Shown here piece after piece: positions 35,520 to 48,448 of a stretch of 64,000 bases of DNA. The DNA is from Amoebophrya sp. A120 (Eukaryota; Protista; Dinoflagellata): positions 565,799 through 629,798 of the forward strand of contig CAJINV010000022.1 in the NCBI GenBank assembly GCA_905178155.1. Direction: 5' to 3'. How positions within the stretch are numbered: the stretch's first letter is position 1; the number at the start of each line of letters is the position of its first letter. The position numbers and the translations under genes are program-made. The notes beneath the pieces were generated by a model. It saw nothing but the letters and a program-made list of their open reading frames with translations. It was not told the DNA's origin and did not search any database.

Positions 35520-36860
35520 ATTTTTTAATTTTGATCGCACGAGCATCAAGAGTCCTACGCACAGCTTTAGCACCAGGATCGGTCCAACTGAAGAAATGCG
35601 CTGGGGCTGGACCAGCAGTGGTACTTGAAACCAGAGAGGACAATAAAAATGTGCCACTTCTTTTCATCGCGCTTGAGCTCTTTACGAAAACGTGGTGTTG
35701 CAAATAAACTTAGTGACGTTGCAAATAACTTATTCGCTAGTGTTGTAGATTGTGGAGCTCAGATGTCGATCACGCGAGCAAGCGTCGTACTTGAGACGGA
35801 GTTTCCCCACCTCTGTCATTCCGACAGAAAGCGGTTTGTTGTCCCGCCAAACAGTGGATGTCTGAGGACAAAGCACTCCGAGCGAAGGCTCGATATGTAC
35901 TTACCATCTCTACACATTGCCAGGACTGTAGTAGACAGCAGATCGGTCATCTATGAGAGCGTCGGGAAAGGGCAGTCCAAACAGAAACTATAAAGGCCTG
36001 AAGCCGAAGATGTGATCGACACCAGCTACGATTAATGAACTAGCGTCTTCGCGAAGAGGTTTTCGCGAGGCGCCAGTCAGTGGATAAAGATCTGTGGCGA
36101 TTAAATTTTTTTCTGGGCGACGAGAACTTTGACAAGATCCAGCAGCGACAGCGAGTAGTAGCTTTTATTTTCGAGCAATAAACTTTCACTTTCTTGACAT
36201 TCATTGTCGCTCCATATTATTTCTGCTTTACGTATCTCTCTATTCGAGTTGTCAACATCCATAAATTTTCTTTGTCCTTCAGACGCGCAGCCCTTGCCGC
36301 ACCTTCGCTAGAAGAAGAAATTATGGTGGCTCTTTTGAAGAAGAGGATGCCCGGGTGGATGATGGGACCAACATGCATCTGCTTACTCTGCGCAGGAGCG
36401 GCCCATCGATTCGCGCTGGCCGCCGTGCCTGTTACTCCACCTGCGCAAGATATTGCAGCCGCGGGCAGTTCAACATCTGATGGTTGCAACAGCAGTACTA
36501 GTCGGCAAACTCCGCCCCACGTGGAAGATATCGACGCGCGCGCTGTTGATGTTGCTGCAAACGGCAAACGCATACGGCAGGGGCGGACAGGTGACAAAGA
36601 TTGCGGTCAATCTGCTCGTCCGGATAAATTTCTCAGAACTTTCGCTGAACAAGCGCAGAATCTTCGCCAGACTTTAGAAGTTGCCGATCAGCATAGTAGC
36701 GACGGGTCATCTTCGTCAGGGACAACCTCCGCAGCAGGCCCGACTCTGCAAATTCTGCGTGTCAGCGGGGCCGTCAAGATGGATATCGGTTACGAAGAAT
36801 GGAAAGACTGGAGAGTCGGTCAGCTCCTCAGTGTCGTCGAAGAAAGCCAGCAACCCGCTC
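35420..36860 (+). repeat. Segmental duplication copy 1 (paired with about 42042-43440; partial third copy about 48320-49440)
   Basis: Colinear near-identity of the gene tail, intergenic region and MVALLKKRMPG exon. Confidence 0.9.
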
Positions 36861-39800
36861 CGCTATCCTAAGAAAAAACGTCTTCAACCTATAGCTCACG
36901 ATGGAGAATCATCTTCTGCTACACAAATCCACAAGTTTTGGCTGTCGCGCATGACAAGTTTGGGCTCGTGTTTCGCTAGTGCTGTCACCGCATCACATGA
37001 ACCCTACTACCTTTTTATTCTGATTCGAGCATAACACATCATCCCAAAAAAGCATATAGAAGATGCCTCTCATGGGGCTGCGCATGAGAAGCATTTTAGG
37101 CGTGCAGATTTGCATCACAACTCCGGGGTCCTCTTCACAACTCATGGCAAACGTTTTTACGTAGGATAACCGCTCGAAATCTTCGCCGCTCCGCTGCAAC
37201 TTGTCACTGTTGGCGCATCGCCACTCGCGCTGAGCAATCGCAATGGTGACGAAAAGGTGGCGACAATACTGGCAGAGCGGTCCTCTCTGCAGAACCTGCA
37301 AAATGTAGCCGGACAAGAAGTGATGTCACTATTCTCTGCTTATCAAATGCAAATATGTCTGGGAGGTCTGGAAGGATGCAAGACTTGTCATGCATATTTT
37401 CCATGCCCCCTGGGGTTTGGAATGCAGGACCTAGCATGAGAAGTTCTGCGACGTCTCTATCATGGTGCGTCTCCTGCATGACAAACTGCCTCTAACCTTG
37501 TTCAAAAGTGTACAGCTTTTGGTAGTCATGCAACACAAATTTTTGTACGATCCAGACTTGGCATGACAAGTTCGCGTCCTCCCAGACCCAGACATATTTG
37601 CAATGCATACTGCTACCCCCCGCACTCAGTCGGCCGTCGTGCCACTGACCTTGGTGGAGAGAGGGCAAAAGCTGCACTTCGCAACACTTCTGAACATGCA
37701 TCACGCGGGGTTTGGCACCTACACTGCCGCCAACAGAAAGGAGGAATGGAACGCGTTTTTTCAACAAGCGCAAACTGGAAAACTTGCCGACATGACGGTC
37801 CCTGGCTTAGAACACCAGCTGCTCTCTATTACAGTGAAAAATGCACCCACCCCGAAAGTTGCAATAATTTCAATTTGTGATGCGACGTTTCCAAATGAAA
37901 ACTCTTTGTCTTGCATGAAAGGACTATGAATCTTTCTGATGCGGAGTCTAGTGCTAAGTAGTCGTATACAGCATCGCTTGCATGACAAGCCCTGCTCTTG
38001 CTGGGATCTTTTGCAATACAGATTTGCACTGTTCACGATTGAAAATTTGTGATGCTGATACATGCAAGACTGCGACTATTTCCATTGGAGAGGTAGTTTG
38101 CGATGCAAATGCTCCCAAGTTCTGGGCTGGGGGCATTTTTCATTGTAATGCCCTCTTTCATCCGTGCTGCTTCTCTGCCCAACTCTGTCAGCCTGCCACG
38201 TTTAGAAGACCTTATCGCGCCTGAGAGTGAGTGTCAGAAAACTTGCTTTCAGTGGATGCTGGCAGGGATCGAGAAAGCTCTGGCGACGGTTTCACCTGCA
38301 AGCGCTAGACCGGCGGGAGCAGATGGTTTTTTCTATGCAACAAGCATTTATGATGAGAATGACCGAGCCCCGGTTGTTCTTCCGTTAGTCGCAGATAAAC
38401 TTCGGTATGTTGCTATTGTGAGGCAAAATCCCCCCTCCCCATATCGAAAAGGCACGTTTCCGAAAATTTGTGTTGCTGATTTGAGGTCACAAATCACATC
38501 TGTCTTGCAAGAAGACAAGGGCAAAAGCTTCGCCCCCATTATGGAGGCGATTTGTCATGCTGTTGGGCCTAAAGGGGGGCCGTTTGCCATGCTGAACAAC
38601 TAGACCGACACGCCCCTAGCTAGCCTGGGGAACTGGCTGCAATGCCTTCCTGCAATACAAAGCTGATTTGTGTACACAAATCCAGCATCACAAAATCCGT
38701 TTTGATATGGGGAGGGGGGATTTTTCCTCTCAATAGTTTCACTTCGTGTGAGTTTGGGGCAGCGAGGCGTGGACCACCCGATCCAGGTGCTATCGACCGT
38801 GTCATGTATACGTGTCTGGGATGTGAGCTACATTGCTTTGAGCGCGTTATTCGACGAAGGGTTTACTATTTATTTTTGAATTTGCAGAGTTTTCTATGAG
38901 CAGAATTTGCTTGTTTGTCCCGGCGACCCTAGTTCTGATGATGAAAAGGGCTATAGCATAAAGTCATGGTCAGTAAGGCATCGTAATCGTTGATGTTTCA
39001 GTATAAGCGCTTCTAATTTGTTTTGCAGCACGAGCGCCACGCCGGAAAATATAGTTTCTTGTTTGGGCACGCGCACGGGCACCTCTGTATACAAGTCAAC
39101 GCGACCACTGTCGCCTGGCACAAGGGCGCTTCTTGCGATTTCATCGCGTATTTCGTATGCATATCGAATGCAAATATGTCTGGTTCTGGAGATTTGTCGT
39201 GATGCAAGATGAGCAGACTCTGATGCGCTGCCAAGCATGACAAGTTTTTCCGTGGTTCTGAGTTGCGTACACCGGCGCATGAGAAACTGCGTGTTTGCAT
39301 GACAGGCAAGAGGAGCTCTTTGCGGCCGCGCAATACAAATTCAGAGTCATGCTAGACATGCATGACAAATCTCTATCTCGCAATCTCCCAGACCCAGACA
39401 TATTTGCAGTTGATAATGCAGCTTGGATGACTCGTTCTAGGACCAGACACGTATACACATCCATACACCATCGTGCACGACTATCTAACCGACCTTGACG
39501 ACGATGGGCTGTCCCTTATGACGTGTGGAACCAAACACCTGGCCCTCGGTTTTTTTGCTATATTTGCTGTTTATAAAAATAGTTTGTCGTGTCCAAATCA
39601 GGCACACCAAGCGACACTGGTCTGCTGGGAAACAGATGCGCAGCTCTACTGGATCTGTATGAGGACGCAACTTGCTTTAATGCGTTCTTGACATAGCAGG
39701 TGGCCAGGGGCAGGGGCAGAACAACTTTTACTTTTTCGACGGCATTTATGCTATCGTCCTCCTGGCAAAAAATGTCGTTATTGCATTGTTGTACATGCTT

Positions 39801-40131
39801 TTCATGCAGACGACGCAACACACACCACGTCTCACCGACACTGAGGGTTTATATACATTTGGGGCTTTAACATCTTCGTGGGCGGGTGTTCATTATTTTC
39901 AACTTTACATCATCAAGCCTTGGCGATGAAGATCGTGCGGTGCTCAAAAATGATCGCACAGCCCGAACAGGTTGGCTCAGATTCCGTGGCGAAAGTGGGC
40001 GGGAATTTGAGCTCAAGTACGTGGCGCGGGGAAGTTTATGGGGTCCGCTCGAGGACGACCCCGGTCCGGGTTGGCGTAACGTTGGTTTCGTGCTCTCTGG
40101 GCCAAGACCGGTTGCGCAACAGCGGCGGTGA
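36323..40131 (+). CDS. MVALLKKRMPG family protein, copy A (signal-peptide-like N-terminus; possible ubiquitin-like domain)
   Basis: Frame restored across elements 36864, 37341, 37827 and 38414; last exon ..GWLRFRGESG..GFVLSGPRPVAQQRR*; middle exons uncertain. Confidence 0.65.
36864..37168. mobile_element. TIR introner (family C-like)
   Basis: TATCCTAAGAAAAAACG / CGTTTTTACGTAGGATA; flanks TCCGC/ACCGC; absent in paralogue B. Confidence 0.9.
37341..37609. mobile_element. TIR introner family A
   Basis: Perfect CTGCT repeat; absent in paralogue B. Confidence 0.95.
37827..38150. mobile_element. TIR introner
   Basis: TATTACAGTGAAAAATGC / GCATTTTTCATTGTAATG; flanks CTCTC/CCCTC; absent in paralogue B. 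Confidence 0.88.
38414..38735. mobile_element. TIR introner family E
   Basis: TATTGTGAGGCAAAATCCCCC / GGGGGATTTTTCCTCTCAATA; flanks GTTGC/GTTTC. Confidence 0.88.
39162..39415. mobile_element. TIR introner family A
   Basis: Perfect ATGCA repeat. Confidence 0.92.
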
Positions 40132-42905
40132 ATGTCGCTGCAATTTTTCTCCGGAACATCAAACGGGTTACTTACGGTGCACGTACATCAAACGGTTACT
40201 TAAGTGACAAAACAGCATTACAAATTGATGATAGAGAAATGAGATCAACTGTCATTCAAGGCCACAAATTTACACTTGCAAGTGCTACCACCTAGTCACT
40301 GTATATATTTTTTTGTTTTTACACCGACCTGACCACTGTTTGAGCCAATGTAGACCATGAAAAGTGGTCTCAAATCAGCTATCAACCGTTAGTAGAAATC
40401 TTCTGTACTACAATTTTACGTTTCGAAACAGCATGAAAAGATCGAACTTTCATATTTGTGCCAAGGGAAAATTCTAAAAATACCATCATGATCCTATACA
40501 AAAATTAAAATTTAGAAGTGAAAAACCGAAGTAAATACACATCAGCTTTTCTCTTTTTTAGAATATAGCGGTGTGTAGCCACAGCTATTGATTCCGTGTG
40601 AAGAATCAAGAAAAACGTCTTTTGAGTTTTTTCCTGGAGAGTTGAGTCTTGTGAGTTTTTTTGAAGAATCAAGAAAAACGTGTTTATGAGTTGTTTTCTG
40701 GCAAGAAAAAGTGAGGAAAGGAAGAAAGAAATTGTGCCTTCTCATGCTGAAAATGCAACACAAACTGAATTTTCCAACTCAGCTGAGCAGTCTTTTGGGA
40801 ATACATCAATGCGCAAAACGTTCTTTCGAATCTCGGAAATCTTCGAGTGTTCTGAAGGAACAACAAGCAGGCGCTTTTGTTGCCCTGCCAAGTACATCAA
40901 GCCGTGGCACTCTGAGCACAAAGCAACCCCGAGCGAAAGCTCGATGAGATCATTTCTTCGATTGATTGATACCGCCATCACCAAACTGCAGGACAAATAC
41001 GCAGATCTGTCATTGTCGTTTTGCGATAAGTTTTCGCGAGATGTCAGTCAAGGATGGATCATCTCCAGTGATGATCACTGTTTCGACGAATTGCTTTTGT
41101 GTGATGTATGGGGTTACGAAGATAGATGACGTTAACTCAAAGTCAAAGGATAATTTTCTTACCTTTCCGGATTGATATGCGAAAACCGAATGTCTCGGGT
41201 GATTGTAGTAGAGCGAAAAAAGAAGAAACGGCTCCAAAAATGGACGGGTTGCTCAGCAAGGTTGTGCGGAGCCGCCTCATATCTTCAGCGGGGAAACATG
41301 GCCACTCGACCCGTGTTTGTTGGTTTACAACACCAAGCTAAGGGCCCAAAGTGGTGACCCATGTTGCCGTGGCGCCGATTGGGGCCGCCGTAGAAGCGCG
41401 TGCCCGCGCCGCACCCGGCCACGAATGCGAACGGGCGCGCCGCCAGTTTACATCCCCGGGCGGACCGCGTCCGCGTGCGGCGCATCCGTGCGCGCACATA
41501 AAAACAAGCGCCCCCATATGAGCCACCACGGCAAGCTGCGCAATTCGGTGGGAGCCCCGAAGCAGTAAGTGGCCCCGCGCTCGGTCGTCGGTGTGCACTC
41601 AGTTGCGAGCGCGCCGGGCATTAGACAAGCAAAAAGGCCCAAACTCACCTGCGCGCCGGCGCAAAGGGCGGGGCGAGCGATCTTCCGGCGCTCCAGAGCA
41701 TACAAAAGAGCAGGGGGGGCAGCGCTCTGGCAGGTCCCTCTGCCGCCCGCCTGTCAACGGGCGGCGCCCCCACGCCTGCGTCGCCTGCGGGGCACGGCCG
41801 ATGGGGCTCAACAATATTGGGCCCAAGCCCGGGCGCCGGGCCCCGTCCGCCGGCTTTTTGGCCCCGTACGCCCCCCAACCTACCCACCCACCATAGCACG
41901 CCGGCGCCAGGGTGTTGCATGCTGGCGCGCTGCGTGGGGGCCACGCCCACCACCCCACCCACCCAACGAGGCGCGGCGTGGTTGGCGTGTGTGGCGCAGC
42001 CATCTGTAGCGCAGACGCCTACCAACCTACCCACCCACCGTGGTGGTGCAGCGGGCAGGACAGCGGGAGCGACGAATGGACAGCCCATGGACCCTACGGA
42101 CAGAGACGACGAGTATCGCCGCGTGCAGGGGGGATAGATTTTTGTATTTCGATCGGACGGGCATCAAGAGTCCTACGCACCGCTTTAACACCAGGATCGG
42201 TCCAACTGAAGACATGCGCTGGCGCTGGACCAGCAGAGCTACTTGAAACCAGAGAGGACAATAAAAAAAATGTGCTACTTCTCATCGCGCTTGTTAAGCT
42301 CTTTACGAAGAAGTGACGTTGCAAATAACTTATTCGCTAGTGTTGTAGATTGTGCAGCTGAGATGTCGATCATGCGAGCAAGCGTCGTGCTGAAGACGGA
42401 GTTCTTTGCCCACCTCTGTCATTCCGACAGGAAGTGGTTTGTTGTCCCGCCAAATAGTGGTTGTCTGAGGACAAAGCACCCCGAGCGAAGGCTCGATAAG
42501 TACCATCTCTCTACACATTGCCAGGACTGTAGTAGATAGCAGATCGGTCATCTACGAGAGCGTCGGGAAAGCGGAGTCCAAACAAAAACTATAAAGGCCT
42601 ACAGCCGAAGATGTGATCGACACCAGCTACGATTAATGAACTAGCGTCTTCGCGCAGAAGTTTTCGCGAGGCGCCAGTCAGTGGATAAAAATCTGTGACG
42701 ATCAAATTTTATTCTCGGCGACGAGAACTTTGACAAGATCCAGGGACGAGTAGTACTTTTTTTCGACGATAAAACTTTCACTTTCTTGACCTTATTAATT
42801 GATTTCTGCTTTACGTGTTTCTCTATTCGAGTTGTCAATATCCGTATATTTTCTTTGTCATTCAGGCGCGCCGCTCTTGCCGCACCTTCGCTAGAAGAAG
42901 AAATT

Positions 42906-45900
42906 ATGGTGGCTCTTTTGAAGAAGAGAATGCCCGGGTGGAAGATGATTGGACCATGCATCTGCTTACTCTGCGCAGGAGCGGCCCATCGATTCGCGCT
43001 GGCTTCCGTTGCTGGTACTCCATGTTCGCAAGGTGTTGAAGCCGCGAGCAGTTCAGCATCTGATGGGGACAACAGCAGTACCCTGCAAAGAACACCGCCC
43101 CACGTGGAAGATACCGACGCGCGCGATGTTGATGTTGCTATTAGCGGCAAACGCACAAGGCATGGGCAGACAGGTGGCGAAGATGGCGGTGAGCCTGCTC
43201 GTCCGGATAAATTTCTCAGAACTGTCGCTGAGCAAGCGCAGCATCTCACCCAGACTTCATTTGTCGATCAGCTTAGTAGCGACGGGTCATCTTCGTCGGG
43301 GACCACAACATCCGCAGCAGGCCCGACTCTGCAAATCCTGCGTCTCAGTGGGGGCGTCAAGACGGAAATCGGTTACGAAAAATGGAAAGACTGGAAGGTC
43401 TGGCAGCTTCTCAGCGAGGTCGAAGTAAACTACCGCCCCTCACCGTTCGAAATCTTTACCAGTCCGCCGCAGCTTGTCCTCACGGCTGGCGCATCGCCAC
43501 TCGCGCTGAGCGATCGCGATGGAGGGGAAAAACTGGTGTCGACAGTGCTGCACGACTGGTCCTTATCCAAGAAAAATACGTTGTTAGTGTAAATTTGTAA
43601 TGCGCAGCATGCAAATTGATTGCGCCTGTCATGCTGGCCCTGCATAGTAGGGTCCATTCAAGGGCGTTTCACGTACTATCTGCGCATGACAGGTTTTTGC
43701 TGTCATGCGAGACATATTTGTCATGCTAGTCCTCCAAGAAAGTTACACGTACAATCTTTTTTTCTTGGATAGTCCTCCGTGAAGGGGCGTGAGGATTTAA
43801 GTGGAACTTCCTCTGCTACTCCTTTCCATGATTCTGTCGTGCCGCTGACCTACGTGGCGAGAGGGCAAAAACTACACTTCGCCACGTTTCTGAACATGTG
43901 CTATGTGGGCGCAAAGGGGCCGGACAAGCCGGTCAAGATAGCTGAGTGGGAGGCTTTTTTGCAACAGGCGCGGGCGGGGAAATTGGCCGACAAGACGGTG
44001 CCGGGTGTAGAACAACAGCTATTGGCGTTTATCCGTGCGGCTTTTCTGCCGATGACCTCGGTGGACTTGTTACCAACGCTAGACGACTTGATCGCAAGTG
44101 AGAGTGAGTGTCAGAAAACTTGCTTGCAGTGGCTAATCGCAGGAATGGAGAAAGCTATGGCGGCGAGTAACCCTGGGAGCGTTTCACCGCCCTGGACTTT
44201 CTTCACTGCAGCCCATCACTACGACTACGAAAGCCGAACCAGGGTGGTTCCGTTTGTATGGCGTTCTCAACAAACGTTACACTCTCAACTGTTAAATGAA
44301 TTTGCAACGCATCAAGACCGCATCACAATTTTGGCATAGATTTAGATGCTGCTTAGCCCTTCGTCTTCGAGAATTTGTCAAGCGAAGCAGCTTGATCGTC
44401 TGGTGGCTAATGGTCATTTTGCATGACAAGTCATGTAGCTGTTGAAAGCGTAACGCCTGAGAGCCCCATAATTTGACGCAACTCTTAAGTCTGCGCGACT
44501 TCGTTTGCAGCTCGTGCGTATCAAATGCAAAAATGTCTGGGTCTGGAAACTTGTGATGCTGGTTGGCGTATCGTGAGGAGGCCACAAGTGCTGGCTCAGC
44601 ATGACAAGTGTGTGAGCTTCTAGGTGTTGCCTACTCTGCATGACAAACTGCGTTTCTGCATGACAGAAAAATGGCGCTCTTGGGTAACTAACGTGCATGA
44701 CAAATTTGAGAGTCATGCCAGACAAGCATGACAAACATGCACTCTTCCAGACCCAGACATTTTTACATTTGATAGTGCGAGACCTGGGTCAGATGACGAT
44801 CCTATCGACTGCGAATATAGTGTCTGGGTCGGGGTGGATGTCGATCTAGTTGTATTGTTTTTTGTATATAGGGTTTCTTCATGGACTACTGTGTGCAACG
44901 CGATGGAAGGTTTACGTAGCTAAAATTATGTCCAAATTGCTGTAAGCATCAACGAACGTTTTTTTCCGCTGCAAGATGAGAGCGTGGGTTCTTACGGGTT
45001 CATCGACGCCCGTTTGGTATTCAGCTTTGAACCCTTACCGCGCACCAGACACTTATAGCACCGCATAGACCTTCGTATCAACTGTAAAAATGTCTGGGTC
45101 TGGAAGATTTCCAGGTTTGTCATGCATATTTCGCATGGGCTATGATGCCTGTAATGCACTACCTAGCATGACAGATTTTTTGCGGGTATCTTGATGCCGA
45201 TCCCGCATGACAAATGCCCTCTCCGCGGAGCAAAAACTGGACGCCTCTACTTGCTGTTCATGCAATACAGATTTTTTTAGATTCCAAAAATAGCATCACA
45301 AGTTGCATTCCTCCAGACCCACACACTTTTGCAATCTATACGTCGTGCAAAGCTACGAAACCAATCTTGAGAACGATGGGCTGGTCCTTATCACGTTTCG
45401 ACGCAAACACCTGCCCCACGGTCATTTGTCCCAGCAAATGAACGTAAATCGCCCGCCGCGCTTACCATCGCCATCGGTTGCATTTGATGTCTCTGCATTG
45501 TACGCAAATCACACAACACATCACGCCCCGTCGACATCGAGGGCATACAGTTGCCATACTATCGAGGGCGGGTGTTTGGGGTTTTCAACGTGATATAGCC
45601 ACGACTGGGCGATGACGATCGTGCGCTACTCATGGCGGAGCCATATCCATTGCAAATGTTTTCTCATGATCTGGAAGGATAGATTCTTCCTCGCGATACT
45701 CTTCTTACAACAAGCAAAACCTGCTCTGCCTCCATTGAGGAGCAAAATAAGCGAGTCTGTATTTGCGTATACAAAGAGCGCACTTGTTACCATGCGGGAT
45801 AGACAACATCAAGAGGCCGTCGCAAAAACTTCTGATGCTGGGGCAGGCGATCTCTCAGAAAAAGAAATAGTGTGCACCTATGCAGCAAAGTCGGCATGAC

Positions 45901-46187
45901 CCCAAAGATATCTGCGTCGTAGTTTCAAAGTCCAACCGATGCTATTTGCAGTGGATAGGGTAACGGCTTACAGGCCAGCGAACGTTCGGAGAGGTTGGCT
46001 TAGATTCCGCGACGCAAGTGGACGGCAGCTCCAGTTCTGGTATGGCGTGCAAGGAGGGACACGCGGATGGGGCACCGAGGATCCCGCCTGGAGGCATGCC
46101 ATCCACTTCGGGCTTCGTGGGCCAGGACCCTTTGTGCCGCAATTGCATCGCAAATATTGGCAAGAAGATGAAGTGTGGAATTTGTGA
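42906..46187 (+). CDS. MVALLKKRMPG family protein, copy B
   Basis: Colinear with copy A (RGQKLHFATFLNM, SESECQKTC, GWLRFRD); different introner positions; 3' end may be truncated. Confidence 0.65.
43564..43771. mobile_element. TIR introner family D (opposite orientation to 14011-14219)
   Basis: Perfect GTCCT repeat; interior is the reverse complement of the 14011 copy. Confidence 0.93.
44257..44470. mobile_element. TIR introner (other family; related to fragment 61592-61694)
   Basis: TATGG...CCCATA ends; flanks GTTTG/ATTTG. Confidence 0.8.
44519..44774. mobile_element. TIR introner family A
   Basis: Perfect GTGCG repeat. Confidence 0.95.
45076..45340. mobile_element. TIR introner family A
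   Basis: Flanks CTTCG/CGTCG. Confidence 0.9.
45644..45957. mobile_element. Diverged family A-like introner
   Basis: TATCCATTGCAAAT / ATTTGCAGTGGATA; +5 removal gives a frame colinear with copy A. Confidence 0.75.
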
Positions 46188-46319
46188 GGCTGTTTTACCT
46201 TAGGAAGGAGATTTGTCATGCATATTTGCAATTAGTACGACTCCCCAAGAGATTTGAGTCGAGCACCGCCCGAGATTTTAGGTGATGAATATTTGAAAAA
46301 ATGAAAAGAGAAACTCTTT

Positions 46320-48192
46320 TAATTTTTGCAGCGCGCGCAAGCTTGCGCTGCCGGGGGGCTTCGCCCTCCCCATGTTCGCGAAAGGCTTGACTTTGCCCTG
46401 CCCCTTCGGCGTTTTCTTTCTTTGCGTGTAGTGTAGCCTCGGCAGGCGATTCGTTTTCCCCGCCACCGGCTCGCGTGCTGACGTGGGCGCCTTTGGGGTG
46501 TTGTGCGTTTTTTATGTTGCCCGCGCGGCGCGGGTCTCCATGTCGGAGCTAAGGCGCGCGGCTCCGTGGCGCTTTGTGCTTTATTTTGCCGGGGCTTTTT
46601 TTGCATTTTTGCTATTTTATGGCAGTAGGAACATGAAGAGCAGCCCGCCTCTGCAGTTGGCGCCCCGTTCCTCTTTTTCGTGTCGAAATTTTCGCGGGGC
46701 AAACCACGCGGCGCCGGCTGTGTCTTTCGCACTTTGCTTCCAGAGCTAGTGGCGCGACTGCTTCGCGTAAGCGCCCTGAATTAGCACCAAGCGAGGCTCT
46801 TCGTTGGTTTTCCATGTAATGCAACCCCGGAGGCCGGTTCGGCGTGTCAGCCAGCGGCCTGCTTCTTGTTGCGGGCATTTTATTTTCTGGCGTTTTTCGT
46901 TTCGCGCGTTGGTCGTGTGGCGTTTATCTTCACTTCAGGGCGCAGAACAGTGACGCGGCGGCGTTTTTCGCTCCTTGTCTGCATTTGTGGACTTACTATC
47001 CTTGCTGCGCTGCAGTGCCAGCGCCGACTTACCAAGCATCCATGAGAGGCGCCGCGGTTGCTAAGGTTTTACGCTAAAAGTGGCAACGCTGTCCATGTTT
47101 TGCCTTCGTCTTCCTTTTTGGGTGTCTTTCCGCTGCTTTTTTGCCGTACTTCGTTCATTTTGTTGCGTTTTTGCGCCTTTTCGAGCTATGCGGAGCTTTT
47201 CCGGCGCATTTTGGGCCTAAAAACGAACAAACTGCCTGGGGCTGGTTATTTTCGCCGCCTGCTTGCCGTATTTTGTTCACTTCGTCGCGTTTTTGTGCCT
47301 TTTTAAGCTGGAGGAATTTTTTTGGCGCATTTTGGTCCTCAGAACGGCCAAACTATCTGGAATCGACCTGGCGGATGCGATAGCGCCACCGCTCTGCGGA
47401 CTTGCTCCTGCAAAATCATCGGCGCGCGCCTTGTCGCGCTTCTGCGCCTTTTTGGAGAATTTGCAAAGCGTTGCACTTTTGCGCCTATTTCGATGGCTTT
47501 GCGACCGTTTTTGCTTTAGTTTGCGTCTGTTGGTGCATTTGCGCACCTTTTTGAGCTGATGGGAGCTCTTTTGGCGCATTGTGGTCCTAAGTACGACCAA
47601 ACTGTCGGGAGTTAGCTCTACGGGTGCGACAGCGCCAACGCGCTGCGAACCGCTGCAAAATCATAGGCGCGCGCCTTGTTGCGATTTTGCGCATTTTTGG
47701 AGAATGCGCAAAGTGGCGCACTTTTGTGCTTATTTTGAGAAATTTGCGCCCTTTCCGCCTTAGTTTTTGCATTTTGGCGCATTTGCGCAATTTTTAGGCT
47801 TAACTAGGTGGCCCCGCCGTGCGCTTTTCCGTCCATTTCGTTCTTTTTGACTTAACAAGGCCTGTTCTGCAGTGAAATGAGTCGAATTAGCACCAAAAAG
47901 GTGCGCTTGTACCTTAAGAAAATTGGCATTTTTTTTCGAATTTCGCAGCTCTTTGCGAATGTGCCCTTATGCGCACTTACGTCGTTACTTTCATCAGTTC
48001 CCGACTTTTTTCGTTTTTTTGTCGCATTTTCGCACATGGGGGCAATTTTAGCGCTTAACTAAGTGGCCCCGCCGTGCGCTTTTCCGTCGTTTTTGTTGTT
48101 TTTGACTTAACAAGACCAGTTTTGCACTAAAATGACTCGAATTAGCACGAACGACGTGCGTTTTTACCTTAACAAAATTGGAATTTTTTTTT
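46320..48192. repeat. T-rich/GC-rich block with degenerate tandem duplications of about 120-250 bp
   Basis: Repeated units at about 47141/47263/47505 (GGCGCATTTTGGTCCT..CAAACT) and 47790/48044 (CTTAACTA.GTGGCCCCGCCGTGCGCTTTTCCGTC). Confidence 0.7.
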
Positions 48193-48448
48193 CTGATGTG
48201 ATGCATGTTTGCAATACAAGTTAAAGACTACGATGCTTTTGCACAGCATACGATGAATGTCGCTGCAATTACGCCACAGAAACGGCTGGAGCACGTCGGC
48301 CGTCGTGTGTTTTTACAACTGCGCTGGACCAGCAGTGTTTTTCTTTTTACAACTTGAAACCAGAGAGGACAATAAAAATGTGCAACCTCTCATAGCGCTT
48401 GTTAAGCTCTTATACGAAGAAGTGACGTTGCAAATAACTTATTCGCTA

